Shown here: positions 41,237 to 50,154 of the stretch, piece by piece
How the letters are laid out: each line of letters opens with the position of its first letter
How positions within the stretch are numbered: the stretch's first letter is position 1
Origin: Parcubacteria group bacterium
GTDB lineage: Bacteria; Patescibacteriota; Patescibacteriia; Magasanikbacterales; GCA-002688135
Reading direction: 5' to 3'
Assembly (NCBI GenBank): GCA_002688135.1
Contig: NZCD01000031.1
Coordinates: forward strand, 4,544-68,543
DNA: 64,000 nucleotides
The notes under the pieces: generated by a model
Seen by the model: the letters and a program-made list of their open reading frames with translations, nothing else
What the model was told of the DNA's origin: nothing
The model's database searches: none
Position numbers and translations under genes: made by a program

Positions 41237-42179
41237 CGAGCAATGCCCAGTATGCGCATCGACTGAAAGAACAGTTGTTGCAACCATCGGTGATTTAAAT
41301 AAACCGCTCACCAACGTGATTTGCGAATCATGTGGTTTGATTTTTATTACCCCGCGAAAACAAATCGCAGAAGTAGAAGAATTCCATGTAGAAGATTTTT
41401 TGAAAAATAAAGGATACGAAGAAGCTGATCACTTTGAACACAAATTGAGTGCATCAGAAATTCCAACGAAAAAACGCATCGCAGAAGTTATCATTCCTCA
41501 TATGCCAGGCGGGGGAACGGTGTTAGATGTTGGGTGTGGAATTGGAACGCTCGTAAGTATTTTGCTGGACCGAGGGTACAAGGCTGAAGGGATTGAATTA
41601 GCACGAATCGAGATTGAAGCAGCAAAGAAGTTCTATGATGTAGACCTATATTTGGGAAGCTTAAGAAAATACGCTACAGAACATCCGGAAAAGAAGTTCG
41701 ATATGATCGTTCTGCATCACACACTCGAACACATGACAGACCCACAAGGCGAACTACACTTCATGAAATCAATGCTATCTGAAAATGGAAAAATCTATAT
41801 CGGCGTACCAAATGTAACAAACATGAAAAAAAGACCAGAAGTCTATTTTGAATCAGGTCATGTTGTAACATACTCGCCGCGCTCGCTAGCTCACGCACTG
41901 GAAGCACAAGGACTATATCCATCATACTTCTCAACCAAGGCGGTGTATCCAGGAGGAATGGGTGTGATTGCTGGAACTAAGCCCGCAGACAACACAGCAT
42001 TATTACAAAAAGAAATGAAAGGTATGGGTCATCCAAAAGATGTGAAATATTACATCAAGAAAAAGGGTGCTCAATTTGCTACAGCTCGTGTCTGTCGAGA
42101 TATTGGATTATTCTTCATTCCGAAAAAAGCTCGAGTCAAAATAGGTCGGGCAATTTCAAATTGGATGAAAAATAGATAG
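41226..42179 (+). CDS. Class I SAM methyltransferase with N-terminal Zn-binding CxxC motifs
   Basis: CPVC...CESCG, LDVGCGIG, HTLEH, GVPN. Confidence 0.85.
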   Translation: MENSEQCPVCASTERTVVATIGDLNKPLTNVICESCGLIFITPRKQIAEVEEFHVEDFLKNKGYEEADHFEHKLSASEIPTKKRIAEVIIPHMPGGGTVLDVGCGIGTLVSILLDRGYKAEGIELARIEIEAAKKFYDVDLYLGSLRKYATEHPEKKFDMIVLHHTLEHMTDPQGELHFMKSMLSENGKIYIGVPNVTNMKKRPEVYFESGHVVTYSPRSLAHALEAQGLYPSYFSTKAVYPGGMGVIAGTKPADNTALLQKEMKGMGHPKDVKYYIKKKGAQFATARVCRDIGLFFIPKKARVKIGRAISNWMKNR

Positions 42180-42180
42180 A

Positions 42181-42366
42181 CCACGAATGGTACAAATCAA
42201 ATACAAATCTACAAATCTCCGCTAAGTCACTAGGAGTGTCATCCCGGGCTTGATCCGGGATCCAAAGTTCGCAGCTGGATCCCGGATCAAGCCCGGGATG
42301 ACAGTCGGTCTGGTTGTTGCTAGACGAGCATTTGTAGATTTGTAGAAAATTTGTATTATTCGAGGG
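42181..42366. repeat. Nested composite element G1: TACAAATC-type outer inverted arms around a perfect 28-bp TGTC doublet (42237-42303)
   Basis: ccacgaatggtacaaatc...tacaaatctacaaatc / atttgtagatttgta...attcgaggg; core tgtcatcccgggcttgatccgggatcca plus its exact reverse complement. Confidence 0.9.
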
Positions 42367-42372
42367 AAAAAC

Positions 42373-44220
42373 ATGAAAAACCCACTAACAAACAAAACCC
42401 TACAAATAATCATAGCTGCGACACTCGCGGGGTTCTTTTTTATAGGAAGACATTTGACGATGTGGTGGTATCAGCTGCAGCAGGGCGCACCATTCAACTT
42501 TTTTACTTTTGAGCAAATCGATCCGCTTTCAAATCTCGCGCCTATTTTCAGACAGGTTTTGGATGGGGGGTTATATGTTACGGATGGACGAGTTTTGGAA
42601 TGGGTTGCAGGACCAAGTCTGTGGTCGATATTATCTCCAATAGTCGGATATCCAATTTTAGCTATCACACAAAACATATCTCTAACATTTTTGATTGGAA
42701 CATTACTATCAGCAGTCTTAACATTTATCGCAGCATACGCAATCGCAAAACATCTAACGAAAAATCACTGGTGGGCGATCTTATCATCATTTATATTTGT
42801 AAACGCAACACTCATTGTATTATTTATTCTGCCGATTGATATTGAAGGATTAAAAGTTCTAGCAAGATCATTTTGGCTAGGTTCACCTCCAGGAGATATT
42901 TTGATGAGTAGATATGTCAGTTTTTCAGTTTTCCCAACCTGGCCAGTATTTGTATTTTCATTACTTGGATTATTAAAACTTGCAGCAAACCCAACATCAA
43001 AAAAATGGTTCTGGTTCACCGCAATCTCGTGCGCAATGCTCACACACATGTATGTCACAGATGCGATGTACATTTTCGGCGGGATGGCATTAATGGTGGT
43101 TTGGTTCTTTTTACAAACAGATACACAACGAGCAAAAACATATCTTAAAACAATATTTCTTTCTACTGCATTATCAGCGCCATACATTTTCAATTATCTC
43201 TCAATCCAAGCTCTCCCGCATGCACAAGAGTTAGTTGAACGACTCGGCGCAGAATTCACACATAGTTTTCGTGTAAGCGCATGGCCACAATATTTGGTAA
43301 TGATAATTCTAGCCTACGGAGTTTGGAAATGGGGGAAAGCAGAAAACAGAACTCCAGAAGCAACAGTAATTGGATCTTTAGTTCTCGGTGGAATCGGAAT
43401 TTTGAACATGCAATTGATTTTGGGATTCAATCCACATCCTCCGGTTTGGCCTGTACATCAATTTTATTTAGGATATGCCGCAGCATTCCTTGTAATCGCG
43501 CATCTATTTATTACACATGGATTAAGATCAGCATGGCTTAAAAAAGCCGGAACAACAGTTTTAGTAATTGCATCAGTCGCAGTTATTGGACGAGCAATCC
43601 AAGCAGAATTTATTTCAGGGACACACTTTCAAGAATCATCAGTCATGCCAGAAAATATCCGAAACTCACTAGAATGGATTAACGATAATACACCAACAAA
43701 CAGTGTCGTCGCATCACCATCAGCAACAACAAATAGCTTAATTCCTGTATTTACCGGGGCACACTCAATCCAACCTCTTGCTGTTACCTCCGCCGCGCCA
43801 CTATCAGAAGTAGTTGGACGCTGGTTGACCATCTCAAAGCTCTATGGTATTCCTGAAACAACTCTGGTAACATCTCTGAAAAAAGAGCACACAGATATCG
43901 ACAATTTTGCTCTCGATTCAGAAAACGCAACTGCCATATTCCTCTTCGATACATTCTTCTGGAAAAAGGGATTGGGCGCATTCGATGAAGGCCGACAATT
44001 ATTCATTCCAGATGAAGCGATCGAAAAGATTATTGCCGAATATCAAGCGCTTCCAGAGGGTGAAGAATTGCTTAAAACATATCGAATGGATTATCTATAT
44101 GTTGGACCATACGAACGGGCACTTGTCATGAAAGACCTGGACTACGAATTTCTTAAAAAAGTCTATGACGAAGATGACGTTCAAATTTATAAAATCAATC
44201 AATCATTTCTAGAATTATAG
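42373..44220 (+). CDS. Multi-pass membrane protein, putative GT-C glycosyltransferase; paralog of the C-terminal part of 34908-37517
   Basis: Many TM helices; LNMQLILGFNP, LEWINDNTPTNSVVASPS, YLYVGPYE, VQIYKI. Confidence 0.65.
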   Translation: MKNPLTNKTLQIIIAATLAGFFFIGRHLTMWWYQLQQGAPFNFFTFEQIDPLSNLAPIFRQVLDGGLYVTDGRVLEWVAGPSLWSILSPIVGYPILAITQNISLTFLIGTLLSAVLTFIAAYAIAKHLTKNHWWAILSSFIFVNATLIVLFILPIDIEGLKVLARSFWLGSPPGDILMSRYVSFSVFPTWPVFVFSLLGLLKLAANPTSKKWFWFTAISCAMLTHMYVTDAMYIFGGMALMVVWFFLQTDTQRAKTYLKTIFLSTALSAPYIFNYLSIQALPHAQELVERLGAEFTHSFRVSAWPQYLVMIILAYGVWKWGKAENRTPEATVIGSLVLGGIGILNMQLILGFNPHPPVWPVHQFYLGYAAAFLVIAHLFITHGLRSAWLKKAGTTVLVIASVAVIGRAIQAEFISGTHFQESSVMPENIRNSLEWINDNTPTNSVVASPSATTNSLIPVFTGAHSIQPLAVTSAAPLSEVVGRWLTISKLYGIPETTLVTSLKKEHTDIDNFALDSENATAIFLFDTFFWKKGLGAFDEGRQLFIPDEAIEKIIAEYQALPEGEELLKTYRMDYLYVGPYERALVMKDLDYEFLKKVYDEDDVQIYKINQSFLEL

Positions 44221-44221
44221 T

Positions 44222-45160
44222 ATGGAACGAAAACGAGTTTTAGTAACAGGAGGAGCAGGATATGTGGGATCAGTATTGGTCCCGGAACTTTTGAGTAAGG
44301 GATTCGAAGTGACTGTTCTTGATAACCTATCATACAATAATGGTCGCTGCATTTTACAAAATTTCTACAGCAATCATTTTCAGTTTGTGAAAGGGGATAT
44401 ACGAGATCGCGTTTTGGTAGATAAACTCGTTGGTCAGGCAGACCACATCATCCACCTAGCAGCGATTGTGGGATATCCGGCATGTCGCAAAGATGAACGT
44501 TTAGCCCAAGAAGTAAATGTGATCGGAACAGAAAATATTGCACGTGCAGTGCAGCCTCATCAAACAATTCAATTCGCTTCAACAGGTTCTGTATACGGAG
44601 CGATTGGAGAAACATGTACGGAAGAGACTGTGGCGAATCCACTCACGATCTACGGAAAAAATAAACTCGATGCTGAAAACATTTTGAAAGAACACTGCAC
44701 ACCAATCATCTATCGCTTCGCAACTGCGTTTGGATTGGCCGGTCGCTTACGAATGGATTTGATGATTAATGATTTTGTATATCAAGCAATTCATACGAAA
44801 CACCTAATCGTGTATGAAAAGCATTTCCGACGTACATTCATTCATGTGAGAGATATTGCGCGTGTGTTTGTGCATGGTCTGGAAAAGTATGAAGAAATGA
44901 AGGGACAAACATACAATGTGGGACACGAAACAATGAACTACACAAAAGAAGACATTGTGAACAAAATTCGAGCACGCGTGCCATTTTATCTTCACTTTGC
45001 GGAGTTTGCGAAAGATCAAGATCAACGAGACTACGAAGTAAACTATCAGAAAATTCGTGCAACAGGATTTGAAACAAAAATTTCAATGGACACAGGATTA
45101 CGTGAGTTGATGGACGCGCTAGAAATCGTCACTATCCCTAATCCATACTCAAATATATAG
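44222..45160 (+). CDS. NAD-dependent epimerase/dehydratase
   Basis: Motifs VTGGAGYVGS, HLAAIVG, STGSVYG, YGKNK, RFATAFG. Confidence 0.9.
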   Translation: MERKRVLVTGGAGYVGSVLVPELLSKGFEVTVLDNLSYNNGRCILQNFYSNHFQFVKGDIRDRVLVDKLVGQADHIIHLAAIVGYPACRKDERLAQEVNVIGTENIARAVQPHQTIQFASTGSVYGAIGETCTEETVANPLTIYGKNKLDAENILKEHCTPIIYRFATAFGLAGRLRMDLMINDFVYQAIHTKHLIVYEKHFRRTFIHVRDIARVFVHGLEKYEEMKGQTYNVGHETMNYTKEDIVNKIRARVPFYLHFAEFAKDQDQRDYEVNYQKIRATGFETKISMDTGLRELMDALEIVTIPNPYSNI

Positions 45161-45380
45161 CCCACGAATGGTACAAATCATTTACAAATCTACAAATCCT
45201 CGATTAGCAACAGCCCGACCAACTGTCATTGCGAGCGTTTTAGCTAAGCAATCTGATTCCACAAACTGGATTCTATCGACGGAGCCTGCACTGGAGTAAA
45301 GTGATAGGGACTCCAGAATGACGCACTAAGTAGTTAGGCGGAAATTTGTAGATTTGTAGTAGATTTGTAATATTCGTGGG
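45161..45380. repeat. Nested composite element G2 (inverted relative to G3; chimeric core)
   Basis: cccacgaatggtacaaatc... / ...atttgtaatattcgtggg; core tgtcattgcgagcg...gcaatct and ggattct...ctccagaatgac. Confidence 0.85.
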
Positions 45381-45389
45381 AATAAAAAT

Positions 45390-46358
45390 ATGAATTTAAA
45401 AAACTATTACTTAGGAAAGCGAGTCATGATCACCGGCGGTGCCGGATTTTTGGGCAGTGAGATTATCAAACAACTCGCAGGGTTTGATTGTGAAATTATT
45501 GTACCTCGAAAAAAGAATTACGATTTAACAAGTCAGGAAGATGCGTTGGCATGTGTACGACAATCTAAACCCCATGTGATTATTCATGCAGCAGCATGGT
45601 ACGGAGGCCCTCCAATTCACGAAGCATACCCTGCAAAAATGTTTTACGAAAACACGATGATGGGAATGAATGTTATGCATGCATCACATCTGTGCGATGT
45701 AGAAAAAGTTGTGATCATCGGATCAGATTGCGCATATCCCGGATATCTCGGAAAAGAAGTATTATCAGAAGATGATTTATTTTCTGGAAAACCACATGCA
45801 TCAGCAATTGATTACGGAATGGTAAAACGATTCCTTTCGGTGCAAGCATGGGCATACAACAAACAATACGGATTAAATGCAAACTTCCTCATTCTCACAA
45901 ACATGTACGGAGAAGGGGACAACTTCAATCCAGAATCATCACATGTTGTTGGCGCACTTATTCGAAGGTTCACTGAAGCAGTAATAGAAAATAAAGATGA
46001 AGTAGAAGTTTGGGGATCAGGAAAACCAACACGAAACTTTTTGTATGTGAAAGATGCAGCGCAAGGTGTGATTCGTGCGACAGCGTTATATGATTCTCAC
46101 GAACCAATCAACATTACAACAGGACAAGGAAACTCAATTAAGGAGCTTGCTGAAACAATTGCAGAAGTCACAGGATTCCGCGGACGACTAAAATGGCTCA
46201 CAGAAAAACCAGACGGACAAATGAAAAAAGTTCTGGATGTTTCAAGAATGAAAGAACATTTGAATTGGCAGCCGGAATTTACACTGAAACAAGGATTAGG
46301 AAACACTGCGAATTGGTATAAGGCGAATAAGGAGGTCGCAGACGCTAAAAAGAAATAG
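45390..46358 (+). CDS. fcl: GDP-L-fucose synthase-like epimerase/reductase
   Basis: Motifs TGGAGFLG, YDLT, HAAA, YGMVK, NMYGEGDNF, SSHVVGALIRRF, VWGSGKPTRNFLYV. Confidence 0.75.
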   Translation: MNLKNYYLGKRVMITGGAGFLGSEIIKQLAGFDCEIIVPRKKNYDLTSQEDALACVRQSKPHVIIHAAAWYGGPPIHEAYPAKMFYENTMMGMNVMHASHLCDVEKVVIIGSDCAYPGYLGKEVLSEDDLFSGKPHASAIDYGMVKRFLSVQAWAYNKQYGLNANFLILTNMYGEGDNFNPESSHVVGALIRRFTEAVIENKDEVEVWGSGKPTRNFLYVKDAAQGVIRATALYDSHEPINITTGQGNSIKELAETIAEVTGFRGRLKWLTEKPDGQMKKVLDVSRMKEHLNWQPEFTLKQGLGNTANWYKANKEVADAKKK

Positions 46359-46560
46359 CCCGCGAATATTACAAATCAACTACAAATCTACAAATCCTTG
46401 ACTAGTAGCTCTGTAAATAGGCTGTCATTGCGAGCGCTTTAGCGTGGCAATCTGAAGCCAGATTGAGATTGCCACGCTAAAGCGCTCGCAATGACGTGTT
46501 GGTCGAGTGGTTGCTAAACGAGCATTTGTAGATTTGTAAAAGATTTGTACTATTCGTGGG
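46359..46560. repeat. Nested composite element G3: same outer arms, perfect 30-bp GTCATTGCGAG core doublet (46424-46495)
   Basis: cccgcgaatattacaaatc... / ...atttgtactattcgtggg; core gtcattgcgagcgctttagcgtggcaatct plus its exact reverse complement. Confidence 0.9.
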
Positions 46561-46571
46561 TCAAAAAGGTT

Positions 46572-47285
46572 ATGCAGCCAAAAGTTTCAATCATGATTCC
46601 AATATGGTCCGAGGTAGATTCTCTCAAAGTGGTAGTCGACGGACTCTACGAACGAATCGGAGATTACATACATGAAATATTTTTCATCGTCGCGCCGCAG
46701 TCATCTGCTGCGTGTTTTAATATGTGCCAAAGATTGGCGTCGGAACATCCAGAAATACAAGTGATGATTCAAAAAGTATGCCCGGGGTTGGGACATGCAT
46801 ATAAACAAGTATTTCCACATGTCACAGGAACACACATGCTAGTCATTGATGCAGATGACGAAATGGATTTAGACACAGTCCCTAAAATGGTAGCTGCCGC
46901 AGAACAAGGATATGATTTAGTTTTACCTACGAGATGGATGCCAGGAGGAGGAGTAAAAGGATACGACACCATGACGTATATTTTAAATAGAGGATTCCAA
47001 ACAATTTTCAGATTAGTATTTCTAACACCCGCACGCGATCTCACATACGGTTTCAAACTATTCAATACAAGACTCATCAATGAAGTTGATTGGTGGGGAG
47101 AATGGCATGAGATCGCCATGGAAACAACACTCAAGCCACTCAAGCTCGGATACAAATACATTGAAATACCAACCTGGTGGAAAGCGCGCACACAAGGAGT
47201 TTCAAAAATAAACACTCTCAAAAGAATGCGATACGTAAAATTCGCACTACGTATTAGATTCGCAAATATCAAAAAGCGTATTTAA
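46572..47285 (+). CDS. Glycosyltransferase family 2 (DPM-synthase-like)
   Basis: Motifs IMIPIWSE, GLGHAY, IDAD, DLTYGFK, EIPTWW. Confidence 0.85.
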   Translation: MQPKVSIMIPIWSEVDSLKVVVDGLYERIGDYIHEIFFIVAPQSSAACFNMCQRLASEHPEIQVMIQKVCPGLGHAYKQVFPHVTGTHMLVIDADDEMDLDTVPKMVAAAEQGYDLVLPTRWMPGGGVKGYDTMTYILNRGFQTIFRLVFLTPARDLTYGFKLFNTRLINEVDWWGEWHEIAMETTLKPLKLGYKYIEIPTWWKARTQGVSKINTLKRMRYVKFALRIRFANIKKRI

Positions 47286-47824
47286 TTTCTCTCCCACACA
47301 CTCAACCATTGTGGTGTGTTCATGAATTTTAAGGTAGAATAGGTCTGCGTTATCGGCAGATCTTTTGTTATGGTATCAAGTTTTTTAGGGTTAAGTTTGT
47401 TGACATGCATGTCACGCGAGCGCATCGGATTTCCATATAATGTAATCGCTGCGCGCGTTGCAGCCATCCCACGGAATAATTCCCATGGATAGACAGCAAC
47501 ATATTTCCCACCAGGTTTTAAAACACGAGCAATCTCCTCAAAGTGTTTGAGAAGTTCTGGGATATGTTCAATCGTATGAGATGAGTATGCCCGATCAAAT
47601 GACGAATCAGGAAATGTCATTGCTGTGCCGTCCATCACTATTGCCTCGTTGCCAGTATTCTGTGAAATCGCAAACTCATTAATATCAATTCCTACACATC
47701 TCTCAACCGCAAGCTCAAACTTCCGCTGCGTATACCCAACATCACATCCAACCTCAAGCAAATGATGATCACTACGCAATTCCAATAAATCAAAAAGCGC
47801 GGCGTCTACCGCGTCATAATTCAT
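47282..47824 (-). CDS. Class I SAM-dependent methyltransferase (opposite strand)
   Basis: Motifs LLEVGCDVG, GIDIN, FPDSSFD, HTIEH, LKPGG. Start taken at MNYDAV. Confidence 0.85.
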   Translation of the reverse strand: MNYDAVDAALFDLLELRSDHHLLEVGCDVGYTQRKFELAVERCVGIDINEFAISQNTGNEAIVMDGTAMTFPDSSFDRAYSSHTIEHIPELLKHFEEIARVLKPGGKYVAVYPWELFRGMAATRAAITLYGNPMRSRDMHVNKLNPKKLDTITKDLPITQTYSTLKFMNTPQWLSVWERN

Positions 47825-47881
47825 GATAATGTCATTTTCGCGATCACGAAGCACCTCTTGTGAATACCGTCTATCGTACAT

Positions 47882-49222
47882 ATGAACTTGTTACGAAACT
47901 TATTTCGATCAAAACGTGAGACAAGTATATTCTTTTTTGCGCTAGCCGTCCAGTCTATTATTCTCTATCTCACAATGAAAACCGCTTCTGGTGGTTTTTT
48001 GTGGACATCAGATGCAGAACTCTATTTTGATTTAGGACGAAACCTCCTCGAGACAGGAGGATTTTACATGCATCCAGATCTCGACCCGCAAACCATCCGA
48101 ACGCCACTGTATCCATTATTTGTCGCAGGATTATACGGACTCACACACTCACTATTTTTTGTCATCGCAATTCAAAATATAATCGCTGCGTATGTACTAG
48201 TGATTATCTATCGCATTGGTGCAACACTTGTTTCAGAAAGAGTAGCATTAATCGGCACAGTATTATTTATGCTCGAAGCTCGCCGATTGACCAACGCATC
48301 ACAACTCATGTCAGAAACACTTTTCATGCTATTTTTCGCTCTAAGTATCTACTGGCTGATAATATATCTCAAAACAAAACAAGACAGAAAACTAATCATC
48401 GGAAGCGCGATTGCTGCAGGACTCGCTATTATGACACGACCATTTCTGATCCCAGTCATTCCACTTTTTGTATTACTCATCCTATTTGTTTTTTGGAAAA
48501 AGAAGTTTGCTATCAAACATGCTGCGCTCTATGTGATTCTCGTAATCGCTGTCATCATGCCATGGTCCGCCCGAAATTATTATCACTTCAAAACAATCAA
48601 TCCAATCTCAACTGCTGGTGCAAATGCATATTTAACAGCAGCACCACGCTTCCTGGAATATTATGAACCAGGAGAAGAAAGGTATGCAGGGCTCGTGACA
48701 CAGGCAGTGGGAGATCTCAATTACACGGGACTACCACATCTCACACCAGAAGAATCATTTGTGAGATTCGGAATTTTCGAATTTCAATATCAAGATTATC
48801 TAACCACGCACGCACGCGAAATCATCTCTCAAGATTATCTTTTATTCGGACGTGTTATCGCACAAAAGATGGGAGTATTTTTCATAGAAAGTTCTGCATC
48901 AAGATCCTATAGCATACTATTCCACCAACTAAATCCACCACAACAAATCTTCTATCCATTCCTATATTTCGGCGGGCGAATCTGGTGGGCAATTATGTTC
49001 TTGCTGATGGCATTTGGATTCTGGAAATATCTTGCCACTCACAAAGACAAAGCTTCGCGAGGTATCATAGCAACAATAATCATCATGATGTTATTCTTCG
49101 CTTTTATATCATCAATGAATAAAGATACTCCGCGATTACGAATTCCAATCACACCATTTATAACCTTGTTTGCGGCCTACGGTGCAACTATTGCCATGAA
49201 GTATAAATTGTGTAAGGATTAG
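47882..49222 (+). CDS. GT-C / ArnT-like (GT39-type) membrane glycosyltransferase
   Basis: Motifs SDAELY, RTPLYPLF, MSETLF, TRP, PWSARN, PRLRIP. Confidence 0.8.
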   Translation: MNLLRNLFRSKRETSIFFFALAVQSIILYLTMKTASGGFLWTSDAELYFDLGRNLLETGGFYMHPDLDPQTIRTPLYPLFVAGLYGLTHSLFFVIAIQNIIAAYVLVIIYRIGATLVSERVALIGTVLFMLEARRLTNASQLMSETLFMLFFALSIYWLIIYLKTKQDRKLIIGSAIAAGLAIMTRPFLIPVIPLFVLLILFVFWKKKFAIKHAALYVILVIAVIMPWSARNYYHFKTINPISTAGANAYLTAAPRFLEYYEPGEERYAGLVTQAVGDLNYTGLPHLTPEESFVRFGIFEFQYQDYLTTHAREIISQDYLLFGRVIAQKMGVFFIESSASRSYSILFHQLNPPQQIFYPFLYFGGRIWWAIMFLLMAFGFWKYLATHKDKASRGIIATIIIMMLFFAFISSMNKDTPRLRIPITPFITLFAAYGATIAMKYKLCKD

Positions 49223-49227
49223 CTTTT

Positions 49228-50154
49228 ATGAAAACCATTCCAGAAACAATAGAAATGGAGTCAGTAAAACAGTGTCCAATCTGCGCGCATACAACATTCA
49301 GCAAAATCGCAGACAAAGGTATTGTCGAAAAAGCTGGCGAACCATACGCAATGACAAATGTGATTTGCACACGATGTTCATGTGTATTTTTAAATCCACG
49401 ACCAACAGAAAATGGATATGCGGAATTCTATAAAACGCTCTACGTTTCAGATCGAGGAGAATCAACAAGAGAGGGTGAGGGTATTGTGATGAACAAAGAT
49501 ACAAGCAAAAAAACAGGATCAATCGCGCTCGCGTTGGAACCGCACATTAAGAAAGGGGATCGCATTTTGGTGATCGGCGGAGGATTGGGAATGGCATCGG
49601 CACATCTGCGAGATTATTTTGAAGCACATGTAGAAATGATTGAACCCTCACAAGAACAAGCAGGGCATGCATCAAACAAATACAATCTTGAAGTTCACAA
49701 CATGGATTGGGAAACATTTACAAAAACGCATTCTGAAAAAAAATACGATGCAATTGTCATGCATCATGTACTCGAACACTTTCCGCATCCCGTAACAATG
49801 CTCACAGAAGCGCGAAGCTATCTCAAAACAAATGGAGTATTATATATCGAAGTACCAGACGCAAATGACTACAAAAAACCAAAAGCACATTTTTTCGATT
49901 TACTTCATCCAATTAGTTTCTCACCATCTTCTATGTTTTGGACATTGCACTACGCAGGCCTCAAAGCAATTTGGAAAAATGAAAACAAAAAAACAAGATT
50001 ACAAATTATTGTACAAAAAGCAGAAGATGCTCAAGACAAGCAAAACATCCTATCTGCAAAAAAATTGGGTACACCCATAACAGTGTGCTATGGGCTCTAC
50101 AGAACAATGTGGGAGATCGCATACAACATAAAGAACTTTAAGAAAGCTGCATGA
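49228..50154 (+). CDS. Class I SAM methyltransferase with N-terminal Zn-binding motifs
   Basis: CPIC...CTRC, IGGGLG, HVLEH, IEVP; resembles 41226-42179. Confidence 0.85.
   Translation: MKTIPETIEMESVKQCPICAHTTFSKIADKGIVEKAGEPYAMTNVICTRCSCVFLNPRPTENGYAEFYKTLYVSDRGESTREGEGIVMNKDTSKKTGSIALALEPHIKKGDRILVIGGGLGMASAHLRDYFEAHVEMIEPSQEQAGHASNKYNLEVHNMDWETFTKTHSEKKYDAIVMHHVLEHFPHPVTMLTEARSYLKTNGVLYIEVPDANDYKKPKAHFFDLLHPISFSPSSMFWTLHYAGLKAIWKNENKKTRLQIIVQKAEDAQDKQNILSAKKLGTPITVCYGLYRTMWEIAYNIKNFKKAA

Noticed and set aside
42222-42413. Small ORFs over repeats (also 31542-31769, 33346-33552, 51462-51815, 57416-57598, 61515-61709)
   Set aside because: They are translations of palindromic elements (e.g. 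SRRRPGS, VIPGLIRDP) without protein-family motifs.
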